A stretch of DNA of 49,410 nucleotides from Craspedostauros australis (taxonomy: Eukaryota), in the NCBI GenBank assembly GCA_030167865.1, contig JALAGF010003958.1, positions 1 through 49,410 of the forward strand, given 5' to 3'. Shown here piece by piece: positions 1 to 10,734 of the stretch (positions are counted from its first letter, which is position 1; each line of letters begins with the position of its first letter). The notes beneath the pieces are model-generated. The model had not been told where the DNA came from. It saw only the letters and a list, made by a program, of their open reading frames with translations, and ran no database searches. Position numbers and translations under genes: made by a program.

Positions 1-807
1 CTGATGGTAGCGTTGCATCTGCTGATACAGCCGCTGAACATGCATGGCAGCATCCGGAGACTTGCTCTTCGCCCAGCAGTAAATGACGATGTTGAAGCTC
101 TTGGTGTTGGGTCGAACTTCCTTCCTCTGCCCAGCATTCGATATCATCTCTCCCAACAAACGCTCGGCCGACTCTGCGACCTCCACGGAGGCAGAACAGG
201 AGCCGTACGCATTGAGGATGAGATCGTAGTGCAACCGCGATGTTCGCAGAGCATTGGGTTGTTTGGATTGTTTGGATTCCGTCATTTGATTTTGCTCCAA
301 TCCCTCCATGATCTCATCCTCCACAGCCAGCAACAGCGCTTCGCCATCCTTGGCAGCACGATGGCTCTTGTGAGTCCGTGCCACATGCATCCATGCCTCC
401 AGCAGTCGGTAGCACTCCTCGCTGTACTGCCTGTTGGGATCGCGGTTGGGTTGCTTCAGGCTCTCAAGGAATTCGTTGGTGGATGCGGACAGGCTCTGGT
501 TGCTGGTGTTGCCGCTATTGCCACTGCTGGTGGTGGTAGTGTCAGCTGCAGTAGTTGCATCGCTGGGAGGAGTGGCTCCTGGTGCAGACGGTTGCGTGGA
601 TGCAGAGAGCCGTCTGTACGTATTCCACGTAGATGGAGCGGTCGTGATGTCAGGTGTGCCCGCGAGCGTTGCATTCCTCGTGAACGAGGAAAACGGCAGG
701 CTGGACCTCGCCTGCACTGCGTCTCCCGAGCAGATGGCGGTCCTCGAAAGGCTGCGGAGGTCGCGAAGGTGGGAGGCAACCAACCGTCTGCAGATTGACC
801 TCCTCAT
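1..807 (-). CDS. Pentatricopeptide repeat (PPR) protein, probably mitochondrion-targeted; 5' part only, copy A (runs off the window)
   Basis: ATG at 807 opens a stop-free frame to base 1. It begins MRRSICRRLVASHLRDLRSLSRT (Arg/Ser-rich presequence) and later reads LHYDLILNAYGSCSASVEVAESAERLLGEM and RPNTKSFNIVIYCWAKSKSPDAAMHVQRLYQQM, which are PPR-like helix pairs. It is absent from the ORF track, presumably because no stop falls in the window. Confidence 0.85.
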   Translation of the reverse strand, partial: MRRSICRRLVASHLRDLRSLSRTAICSGDAVQARSSLPFSSFTRNATLAGTPDITTAPSTWNTYRRLSASTQPSAPGATPPSDATTAADTTTTSSGNSGNTSNQSLSASTNEFLESLKQPNRDPNRQYSEECYRLLEAWMHVARTHKSHRAAKDGEALLLAVEDEIMEGLEQNQMTESKQSKQPNALRTSRLHYDLILNAYGSCSASVEVAESAERLLGEMISNAGQRKEVRPNTKSFNIVIYCWAKSKSPDAAMHVQRLYQQMQRYHQ

Positions 808-1115
808 GCTGCACTGGAGACCTGTGGTGTCGTTGTTCGATTGGATTATAATGGATTGGATTGTAATGGTTTGGATTGGATTGGATTGGGCAGTGTGAAA
901 GACAGAGAGGTGATGGTATGGTGGTGATCTCCACGTTGGTACTGATGTTGACGGTGATGTTGATGTCGATGTTAGTGGATGGTCATGTATTGTATGACTA
1001 CTGCAAGCCAAGAGACGTGGAGATTTGGGTGGTGTTGGTGTGTTTGCGTGTTTGCGATGGGTGGTTCTCATTTTGTGACAGAATGCCAAGAAGTTTGTCG
1101 AAGTAGTCGATGATC
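1..1115. repeat. Left arm of a ~1.1 kb inverted repeat bracketing the window (partner 48281-49410)
   Basis: Reverse complement of 1-653 matches 48758-49410 exactly by line-by-line comparison. There are 8 substitutions in 654-807 and further substitutions plus microsatellite indels in 808-1115. The clean match ends at ...gtagtcgatgatc (1115), with weak similarity to ~1140. Confidence 0.97.
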
Positions 1116-1981
1116 CCAAATGGAGTTGCGGGAATATAGCTTTTACAGTGGTTCCTGAAAAGAAGAGCGGAGAAACGGTGAGAAGGTTCGTTCAGACTCT
1201 ATCAGGATCGTTGGATTCTGACGAACATGTGCAGACAGATGGAGATCTCCATGCATGTGCATTGTTGTGGATGAATGGAACCTGGAGCATGCCTCACCAA
1301 GCATGTGTACTATTATATTTTGTTTCATGTGAAACTCTGCTGCTCTGCAGTTGTATCCGCTGAGACCATTTCTCGAAGCGATGTCCATCTCTTGACAGAA
1401 ACGATTGACCTGGTCAACGCCAGCATCGGGACTGAATTTGTTGTACAACACCACATGAATTATTGGATGGTTGAGCAGGTTGAGGGGGCGCATGGGAAGA
1501 AGAGAGGAGGAGGAAAGCATCACACACTCCCGCTGCCGAATGCCGTACTCTAAAGAGACAGTGCTGGTAGTTTGAGTTTGTGTGTAGAATCTCATGGTCG
1601 AATGTCGTTCGTCTGACCACCAACCGCAACGATACAATGGTGACGTGTCTTGTCTTTTTCGCCATTTGGAAGGAAGAACTGCGTTGTTGCACAGATAACG
1701 CCTACTTCAGTCCTCTCTCTGTACCAACAACACCAACAAGCAAAAACGCGGCGATCGTCTTCGTGGAAGTTCTGCCCAACGTGAATGCAGGGAGTTTTCA
1801 TGTGGACTGACACGAAGAAGATGCACTTCCTCTCACCTCGGTTGTTGTTGGCATCATCGCCATTGCCATCCTGATTGTCCTGCCACACAGCCAAACAAGA
1901 CCGGCCCTGCCCACATCGCATCACATCACATTGCACCTTCTCGGATATCTATACCGAACGCACACAACCGACAGATCCGTC

Positions 1982-3357
1982 ATGCGCTCTTCCATTACCT
2001 TCCTCGCACTCTCAGCGCTCATGTGCGCGGTGCATGGATACGGTGAGTGGTGTTGTGGATTTGGATCGTTTTTGCACGTGGTTGGATCCAAGCACGATAC
2101 TGCTCCACGGAGCACCGGCAGTGCGGATGCTTCGGTGCTCCCGTCTTGTCTGCACCGACCATCTCCCACACCTCGGCACCTTTTCATCCTCATCCTCGCA
2201 TCGACTTGGTGATCGCCGTTGCCATCTTGCCATCATCCGCATCCTGCGCCATATCTACTTGCCGATCTAACCACATGTCTGTCTCCTTCCACACCACGCC
2301 GGCTCATCACGCAACGGCCATACTTCGATCGCCATGCCATCACAGCTCCATCTTTCGTGCCACGCAGCCATGGCGTCGTTTCGCCAATGTCCAAGTCGCA
2401 GATCATGTCGAGAGTTAGCGCATCCACTGGCCGTTCATCCACACGCAACGACATCAAGATGATGCCAATCGGTGTCCCCAAGGTTGCCTACCGCGTTCCA
2501 GGATCGCAGCAGGCTGACTGGTGCGTTCACATTATGCAATTCACTCGCAGGCAACCAAATCGTGTACTGCATTGTGCCATTGTTTTTGTGATGCTGCGCT
2601 TGCCGTCCTGAACTTTCGTTGTCCCAGGCATCTGCAGTGGTTGCACCACCTTGTATGCTTCCTTGCTCAAACACCCGGTGATTATTGAATTCATTGCCCT
2701 CCCCTCCTGCCGCCAAATGCATCCACCATCACACATCTCGAAACGACGGCCATCACGATAACCGCAACGACGATATCGACGACGACTGTTACCGATACAC
2801 GCAGGGTTGATATTTACAACCGCCTTTACAGAGAACGCATCATCTTCTTGGGTAGCGAAATCGACGACGAGCTTGCCAATCAGATCATCGGCGTCATGCT
2901 GTACCTGGACTCCGAGGACTCCTCGAAGCCAATCTACCTCTACATCAACTGCCCTGGAGGTTCCGTCATCTCGGGATTGGCCATCTACGATTGCATGCAG
3001 CACATCCAGTCCGAGGTCATCACCATCAACCTGGGGTTGGCTGCCAGCATGGCTTCCTTCATCTTGGCGGCCGGAAGCAAGGGCAAGCGACTGGCGTTGC
3101 CATCCTCGCGCACCATGATCCATCAGCCGATGGGTGGTGCCCAGGGACAGGCCGAGGATATCAAGGTCGAGGCCGGCCAGATCATGAAGATCCGCGACAA
3201 CTTGGTCAAGATGTACTCCATGATGACCGGACAGACCACGGAGCAGATCGTCAAGGATTTGGATCGCGACAACTTCCTGAGCGCCTACGAGGCCATGGAC
3301 TACGGTCTCATCGACCGTGTCCTGGAGTACAGCAAGGAGACTGACACCCAATTGTAA
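1982..3357 (+). CDS. clpP: Plastid-targeted ATP-dependent Clp protease proteolytic subunit; exons 1982-2042, 2346-2520, 2805-3357
   Basis: GT-AG joins give [24 protein letters not shown] (signal peptide plus ASAFAP-like site), then [36 protein letters not shown]. Catalytic motifs AASMAS (Ser), IHQP (His) and DRD (Asp) are present. Confidence 0.95.
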
Positions 3358-3891
3358 TTATTGAGTGGAAAGCTTCAGTAATCTGCAATACTTTGCTCTG
3401 CGCCATGTGATTCGATGATGCCATGCGCCCATACGAGTATGCCACGATGTACGAGTGTAAGAGCTTGCCGCACAAACTGAGTGTATGTAGTTGTCATAAA
3501 GTGTACTCTCGTAGGAGCAGTCAAGGTTGTGACTTGTGCAACATCAACACAGTACTCTCCAGAGGACAAGCAAGAGGAGGGCACCATACGATTCACCTGC
3601 GCGTGGTACGCTGAAATAGACCGACAGTTGCACACCAGGAATACATCACAATGGCATCATCGCACTCGGCTCAAGGAAGACAGGCAGCACAGCACTCGCA
3701 GTTCGTGCAGACATATCCAAACGCTGACATGGCTCAACGAGGAACTACTCTGCTCCACCCCAGAGTCTAATCTTGTTGCTGCTGTGGTCACAGGTTCTAT
3801 TGAAATACCATTTGCTTGTGGTATAATATTTGTTATGAGTGGTGTTATTATTTCATTGTTTTTGCTTTGTTTTGTTCATGTGGTTTGTTTT

Positions 3892-6573
3892 TTATGTGGC
3901 AGTGCGCGGGCGTTTCTCAGGTGAGGTGAAGTCATCATCTTGGTCCTTCTGCGCTGTTTTCATCTTGGCCATGTTGGGTGTGAGGCCGGTGGTGGCCGCT
4001 GGCACGGTGGGTGGCGGCGTGGAGCACTTGAGCTTCGTGGGCTTGCCTTCCACTCGGCGGTAGATCCAGCCCGGGATGTCCTTCTGAAGGACGTGAGCGA
4101 CGAGGAGGTCCATGTGCTCGTCGCGCTCCGGACAGGAGTTCATCTTCTGGAGGAAGTCCATGATGATGGGACGGAGATTAACGTTCTCCGCCATGGGTGC
4201 AAATCGCAACGCGATGAGACAGTGTGTCTCGTGTGGGCTGTTGGCATGCTTGCGTTTCCTGGAGAAGAACTTGGCATGGGGCCATGCGTTCATCTGCGGC
4301 GTCTCGAGCGTCGAGACGAGGACACGCAGTCTGGATTCGCAGAACTGGAACCACTTTTGGAAGCTTTCGAGCTTGGTGGCACGGATGGTGACATGGAGGA
4401 AGTGCATGTGCTGGCGCAGGAAGCTGGACTTGGCGAAGAGGATGGAGGCGATCTTGTGGTTGGCACGCCTGGTCTCGCTGACGCCATCGATGCAAACCTC
4501 GTAGTCATCGTCGTACTGCTCCGGATGGAGCTGTCGCAGCTGGTCGTACTCATCCAGAGCGATGGCTGTGCGCGCGAATTCGTCTTTAATTCTGCGGAGC
4601 TGTGAGCCACCGACGTTGTAGCTGGAGTTCATGGCCGGGTAGGCCGGTGTGATGATGGGCATGAGGTGATGGCGGTCGCGCGGGTTGGCGTCCGGGTTCC
4701 AAACGGGCATGGATGGGACTCCTGGTGCGGCGTGGGTCTGGATGGGGGTGAGGGTGAGCGCCTGGGGCCACTTCCATGCAGCGAAGGTGCGGAAGAAGAC
4801 GATGAGGAGCTCATCTGGCGACTCCTGCTCGGGGTAGCTCATGCAGATCCATGCAGTCATGATGGCGAGGTTGATGCCGCCGAGGAATCCGAGGACGTTC
4901 GAGTAGATGCCGCGGACGTTGGCCCATTCCTTGACGGTGCGCAACACCAGACGGAAGGTTTGTGGATGGGGCACCATCTCGAGTAGCATCTGGGTGACGC
5001 GCGCGCCGTTGAGGGAGCGCACGCCAGGTTCGTCGATGCCTTGCAAATCGGTGTCATCGATACAGTAGTGCAAATCGGTCTCGGGATCTTGCTGTTTGTT
5101 CTGCCCAGCAGAACCCGAGGCATCCGCATCCTTGCTCTCCACCGTGGAGGTGATGGGCGTGGGCAATGTCACTGGTGATGCAGGAACAGTTGCGCTGCCC
5201 TCATCGTCACTCGGGTTTGTGTCTGGAATCTTGGTTGCGAGCGGTGCACTGGCATCATCTGCGTTATGCAAGTTCCCATCGGATGCTGATTCTGCTGGAA
5301 CCGAGGTTTGTGGTGGTGATGCCCGCTGGGCCTTGCGTTGTTCGTGGAATCGCCGCAGCTTGGTATCATCTTGGACGTTACCGAAGAGCAGATCGATGGA
5401 CAACCCCTGGATCTTGAATTTGATGACCGGGGTGAACGCCGTGGCGATGGCGTGGATGTCAGTGCATTCCACGAGTTCCTCCAAAAGATCCACGAACGAG
5501 CCAAAGAATTCCGTTCGCGTGCAGAGATCGGCGGGGCAAACCAATAAAATGTCCATGTCTGAGTCGTGACGGTGGACACCTAATCTGTAGCTGCCGAAGG
5601 TGACGAGTGCTGGTTGGGCGCACGCATCACAACGCGAATCCGTTGCTTCGTTGTCCACGTGCTGTGTCGTTCGGTTCAGTCGGTCTTGGTGTGATTTGGA
5701 GCGGAGTCGAGCCACCCAATCGGCTACTATGGATTCAAGAATGATCAAGACATTGCGGCGCTTCATCTCGTTCTGCTCGCTGGCGCAGCATCCTTGATCC
5801 TCCAACGCCTGGCGCAGCCGATCCATGTGCCTCTTGATAACAGTTGATTCGTGGACTGTGGGACGCTTGGGAACATATACCATTCCCATTCCCGCGCCCA
5901 TCCCGTTGATCGCACTGTTGTTGATGTGTGGATCGGAGAAGCTGCGTGCCAGGCTGTGAAAGCGTTGCTGCTGCTGTTGCTGCTGTTGATGTTGCGAGTG
6001 GTGTTGCGAGTGCTGGTGATGAGATTGCCTGTGATGAGAATACTGCTGCTGCTGCTGATGGCCCTGCTGCTGCTGATGGCCCTGCTGCTGATGTGCGCCC
6101 TTCCAGCTGCTGGATCGGCGCGATCGGTTGCTGCCACAGCTGCTCTTGCTCCCCCGGCTTCCCTTACTGCCTCTGCTCCCCTTGCTGCCGTTCGTGGTGA
6201 TGGTCATGCTGCTTCTGCTGGTGTACGAGCGATCATCGGATGCAGACGAACTCCGTCTCGAGTACTGATGCGGCCTGGACGATCTGCTGTGGCTGGAGGT
6301 GCTGTGCTGCGACCCTCCGATGCGGTGTGGCTGCGGAAGTGGGTGTGGATGCGCTTGTGTTTGCATTTGCGCGCTGTCCCATCGTCCACCGATCACTTGC
6401 AGAGCTCCTCCGGAGGGCACGTCGCAGGCAGCGCCGCTGCTTTGCATGTTGGAGACGACGAACGAGGACGCGCTTGAGGAGTGCACCGATCTCTCGTCGT
6501 CTTGCTTGCTCCTGTACCGCAGATCCACGGGATGTTCCATGGTCATGCGTTGCTGGTTCCTTTCCTCTCCCAT
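3892..6573 (-). CDS. PAP: Canonical nuclear poly(A) polymerase with a long Q/H/S-rich N-terminal extension
   Basis: Nucleotidyltransferase motifs TFGSYRLGVH..DSDMD and SIDLLF; RSLNGARVT; KEWANVRGIYSNVLGFLGG; HLMPIITPAYPAMNSSYNV. Single 893-aa ORF. Confidence 0.93.
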   Translation of the reverse strand: MGEERNQQRMTMEHPVDLRYRSKQDDERSVHSSSASSFVVSNMQSSGAACDVPSGGALQVIGGRWDSAQMQTQAHPHPLPQPHRIGGSQHSTSSHSRSSRPHQYSRRSSSASDDRSYTSRSSMTITTNGSKGSRGSKGSRGSKSSCGSNRSRRSSSWKGAHQQQGHQQQQGHQQQQQYSHHRQSHHQHSQHHSQHQQQQQQQQRFHSLARSFSDPHINNSAINGMGAGMGMVYVPKRPTVHESTVIKRHMDRLRQALEDQGCCASEQNEMKRRNVLIILESIVADWVARLRSKSHQDRLNRTTQHVDNEATDSRCDACAQPALVTFGSYRLGVHRHDSDMDILLVCPADLCTRTEFFGSFVDLLEELVECTDIHAIATAFTPVIKFKIQGLSIDLLFGNVQDDTKLRRFHEQRKAQRASPPQTSVPAESASDGNLHNADDASAPLATKIPDTNPSDDEGSATVPASPVTLPTPITSTVESKDADASGSAGQNKQQDPETDLHYCIDDTDLQGIDEPGVRSLNGARVTQMLLEMVPHPQTFRLVLRTVKEWANVRGIYSNVLGFLGGINLAIMTAWICMSYPEQESPDELLIVFFRTFAAWKWPQALTLTPIQTHAAPGVPSMPVWNPDANPRDRHHLMPIITPAYPAMNSSYNVGGSQLRRIKDEFARTAIALDEYDQLRQLHPEQYDDDYEVCIDGVSETRRANHKIASILFAKSSFLRQHMHFLHVTIRATKLESFQKWFQFCESRLRVLVSTLETPQMNAWPHAKFFSRKRKHANSPHETHCLIALRFAPMAENVNLRPIIMDFLQKMNSCPERDEHMDLLVAHVLQKDIPGWIYRRVEGKPTKLKCSTPPPTVPAATTGLTPNMAKMKTAQKDQDDDFTSPEKRPRTAT

Positions 6574-8148
6574 TCTGCTGTTGTTGTTGTCACTGACGCA
6601 ATGCGTTTGTGCCTGTGTCTGTGCCTGTGTCTGTGCCCGTGTCTACTTGCGTGTGCGTCTGCGATTGCCAGCGGCGTCTTCTCCTCAAACACCCGAACGC
6701 TCCGATGATACTCAGAGGCTCACTTCTTTCCTCCGTTCCCGTGCCAATACTCTCTTGGTTGGTGGTCCGTTCCCCACTTCCTCATGCACTTCGGCGTGCG
6801 TTCTCGTCCTTGTCGGCTTTTGCGTTGTCTTTGCGTTCCCTTTTGTGCTGCTTTGGTGATGCGTTGAGGCGGTGCTCTGGGTGTGTTGGCGATGCTATGG
6901 AATAATGTGTGCGATGTGCGTGTGAGATGATGTCTCCCGCGGGTCGTTTTGTGATGATGTGAGGCCGAGGCTTTTGTGATCCGCGCCAAGTCCACGCATT
7001 GGGCGCGCAAGTATCAGCACTTGTGTGTTCCAGCGTGGTGTACTGGATCACTCTCGCGCGAGTTGTGGTGCGGCAATAAGTTTTGCTGGGTGTATCGTGA
7101 GGATTGGGAACCAGTGAGTGGGAGAAGAGGAGCAAGGCGTCCATCTGTGAAGCTCGTAAGTAGCACCGAGGCGCCCACTTCTTCGCCTCACGTTGTTGCA
7201 CCGCACACAAGCTGGCCGGCCACTGTATGAAACGTCCCAGGTTTGACTTTTTTGCGTGTGTTTGCGTGCTTCTGGTTCAGCACTACTGTAACTGGCGGGG
7301 TCGACTCAACAGCAAATCCACCATGTGATGTGCATGCCAAACTTTTTCTCGGAGTGGGTTGATAGCTGGTGTGGCAGCGCGCACGTGGCTTCGTCCTATG
7401 TACGCATGGACGTACGTTATCGTACGTTATCACTTTTCATCACCGCGCTTTCCACGGGTCGTGTGGGGCACACGTTTCGTTTTTTAGCACTCCTCCTGCC
7501 ACCAGCTAACTGTTTCCGTTTGGCGTCCACCAACAAAAACCGCCATCCCGCCTTCCCTTGTCCGGCGACCACAACGGAAATCCGCAACCGCGTTCGTTGT
7601 GTTCGTTCGGGTCAAATTCACTTTTTTCGTCGAACATTGCGTGACGTGTGTTGGACTCTCGGTCTCGCGTTCTTCGCCAATTGCCGGTTGGATCAACGCA
7701 GATGCTGCGTCTTGGTGTTCTCATCGAAGAACAAACGCCAGATGGGGTTGGACTCAGCGGTCGTAAAATGAAATCTCGCAAATGCAGTCATCGTTGGCGG
7801 GGCGAAGAACATGGAATAGTCATCGTGGGCGGCGCGAAGCCAAACACCTTGTTGGCGTCAGCCCCACAGCCTTTTGCTCCGTTGGGCGGAATCCACGCAA
7901 CAGAACAAAGCGCCCATGACAACGAGAACGAAGGCGGCGTCTCCTCTTCTTCTTGCTCTCGTATTAGCACCACGCAAGGTGTCACGAAGGAGAAAGATCA
8001 CGAGAGAGGTGCCACGATGGCAAAAAGGCATCCTCTGTCCGCGGATGCCTCTCCAACCATCTTCACACAAAACTCATCATCATCACCAGCATCCTCAGCG
8101 GAAGCAGAACAAACGTCAAAGAACCGCAAACAAACAAACACAAGCAAG

Positions 8149-8448
8149 ATGGAGGAACCCCGCCGCAGCCGCCGCCACCGCGATGGAAAGAAGAAGAAGA
8201 AAAAGAGCGGAGTCCGCACCAAGTTCTTGATCGAATCCCTGCGTCAGGACTACTACTCGCTGCGTGACGAGAATGACCGCCTTCGCGAGATCGTGCAGGC
8301 CTACCTCCCGCGCGACACAGCCGACAACATCCTCTCTGATTGCTTCGATCTCACCTCGCCTTCCGCCCGCGTCTCCTCCATCGATGAGCTGGCCCAGCAG
8401 ATGCCAGGCATGAACATCGAGGAGGGTGACGAGGAGGAGGAGTACTAG
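8149..8448 (+). CDS. Small (99 aa) bZIP-like / leucine-zipper protein resembling the aureochrome bZIP zipper, with a degenerate basic region
   Basis: MEEPRRSRRHRDGKKKKKKSGVRTKFLIESLRQDYYSLRDENDRLREIVQAYLP has heptad leucines and an acidic tail. C/G-ending codon bias starts at this ATG. The start could alternatively be the upstream ATG at ~8017. Confidence 0.65.
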   Translation: MEEPRRSRRHRDGKKKKKKSGVRTKFLIESLRQDYYSLRDENDRLREIVQAYLPRDTADNILSDCFDLTSPSARVSSIDELAQQMPGMNIEEGDEEEEY

Positions 8449-9329
8449 AGAGACAGAGAGCTCATGCGACAGAGTACAGAGTACGGAGCACGCACCATTG
8501 CCGTGCTACACTCACTCCACCACCAGCGAACGTCCTCGGATCTTTCCGACGACCATCATCCGCCATCGCGCAACCTCAGCAACGATAGTCACGGGGGAAG
8601 CCTTCAACGCAGCAACAAGAGACACGCTCGAGTTGAGGTGGATGAAGGCATGGCCGGTCTAGGCCGAGCCGGCCCGAGCTGAAGCATTGGCACCGGAACA
8701 GGCACAGAGAGCCATCATCTTTCTTGACACCTCCATTGTGGGTTTCTTGGTTGGTGGGACAGGGATCTTTTCTGGTTCAACGACCAGAATGACCTTTTCT
8801 CCTTTCCGATCGCAAGATGACAGGCGTCAACTCTAAAACGTGAAGCACAAGGTGTGACCCATCACATCAACGATGATCACCACCATGATCATCACCATCA
8901 ACCACAACATAAAAAGCACAAACTAGAAAAATCTGCATATTACCAACCAACACTCTGGAACCGATAACGCTCCTACAGACGCCTTCCGACCTACGAGCAT
9001 TCGTTCGTATAATATTACAGTTCGCACTTTACTCGTAGCCGAAAGAAGAAAGCATGCCCGTACAGATCCTCTTCGCAACAACCAGCAGCAGCCATTATCA
9101 TCGGTAGTAGACCGAGCTTTGGGTGTCTGTGTTGACGCATGGTCTGTGGCGGTGTTCCTCCAAACAATCACCATCCACAACAGCCCGCCTCTCTCGTTGA
9201 AGTACGAGCGACGCGCGGGCAGAACTCAAATTGATCACCTGTCTCTCTCTCTCTCTTCTTCTTCTTCTATTTTATCACAGTATTGGGATGCGCACACAAG
9301 GTGCTCTACCCTCGCAGCATCATCATTCT

Positions 9330-10259
9330 TCATCCAACATGACCAAACACCACGTCCGTTCGCAACACGTACTTGATACCGTCCATCACCTTCTCGGCTT
9401 CATGCTCCATGCAGTAGTCGTCACCATGCACATGTAGCAGCATAGATCCGATCTTCGGTTCATACGCAAACGACGAGGATGATTCGTGATCATAGAATCG
9501 TGTCGCACCGCCTCGACATTCCGACAGATACACCAGCACCGTGATTGCCGTCGTGCCACTCCGTGATCTTTGTGGTTGTGTTGTGTTTACGCCATCTGGA
9601 GACGACGACGATGACACCATTGTCGCTGCATGCGATCCATCCACGTGCCGACCAAAGCTATGCCCCTTCGTGTACTTGTACACCCGGATGTTGGGATTCA
9701 ATCCCATCACGGTAGCTTCACGATTGCGGTGCAACGTTTGGATGCGTCTCTGCAAGGTCGACACGATGCCATCGTTGCTGTGCTGCAAACGCTCAAAGAG
9801 ACGTTGCGCAATGCAGTGCGCATCCGGCTGCTGAATGCGATAACATTCGCGTTGGGCAATGTATCGCGTCGCGTTGTGTTGCGTGTATTCGAACCAGCTG
9901 GAGTCCTCGCAGTACGCAATCCAGTTCTGGCATTCATGCAGCGTCATGAAGTTGGGGATGATCCAGACATTCGGATGATGGTATTCCGACATGGACAGCG
10001 GCTTCCGCGTCATCTTGTTGTAGCTGGCGTAGTCGTAGTCGAAGTTGCCATCCGCAGAGCTCGGCAGCGGCTTTGGCGCCTCAGCTAGCAACGAGAGCGG
10101 GAACGACACTTTGTCAGGAGGCGATGACCCGCTGGAACGATCACTTCCTTTGCCTTTGCCACTGTTCTTGCTTTTGCTTTTGCTCTTGTTGCCATTTCCA
10201 TTGTTGGTGTTGCTGCCATTGCTCCCTCCATTGTTGTTTCTGCGCTTCTTCCCACCCAT
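9330..10259 (-). CDS. 2-oxoglutarate/Fe(II)-dependent dioxygenase (prolyl 4-hydroxylase-like)
   Basis: RVYKYTKGHSFGRHVD (HxD), TVLVYLSECRGGATRF, MEHEA (distal His) and KYVLRTDV. Confidence 0.88.
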   Translation of the reverse strand: MGGKKRRNNNGGSNGSNTNNGNGNKSKSKSKNSGKGKGSDRSSGSSPPDKVSFPLSLLAEAPKPLPSSADGNFDYDYASYNKMTRKPLSMSEYHHPNVWIIPNFMTLHECQNWIAYCEDSSWFEYTQHNATRYIAQRECYRIQQPDAHCIAQRLFERLQHSNDGIVSTLQRRIQTLHRNREATVMGLNPNIRVYKYTKGHSFGRHVDGSHAATMVSSSSSPDGVNTTQPQRSRSGTTAITVLVYLSECRGGATRFYDHESSSSFAYEPKIGSMLLHVHGDDYCMEHEAEKVMDGIKYVLRTDVVFGHVG

Positions 10260-10734
10260 GACTTCTCTCTCTCTCTCTCTCTCTCTGACAACAGTTGTGC
10301 TTCGGCTTTTGCTTTGCTGCTATTCTCCTATTTTGATAGGTTCTATTCGTCGTCGTATGTCGCGTGGTATAACTGTCCACCGCAGCGTACATAGAGTGCA
10401 AGTGCGAGCTACACACATGGACTATAATACGTATGGTATGGTATCGTATTGGTACGAATGCCCAAGAAGACAGTCGTTCTTCACGGTGTCGGCCAGTTGG
10501 ATCTGGCGACGTCTGGGTTTGATCATGGTCGAACCTATTTCCGCGTTGATGGTACGAGCTTTGACTCGTTCGATCCTTCTTTTCACAACCAATCAATTCC
10601 TCTGCCTCCGGCTCAACGCGAGAGGTGGAGGCAGAAACGTAGGCTTGTGATTTGCGATTGCTTTCTTAATTCTGCCCAACTCAGCTGGCACTTGCACAAC
10701 ACACAGACTCCGACCACCCTGCCACGCTGCAAAC

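Noticed and set aside
4-798. 264-aa ORF on + (and its mirror 48613-49407 on -) from the ORF track
   Set aside because: These are antisense shadows of the PPR coding frame and have no recognisable motifs.
1143-1637. 164-aa minus-strand ORF just inside the left repeat arm
   Set aside because: No recognisable domain or coding-like codon bias. It could be a decayed fragment but cannot be supported.
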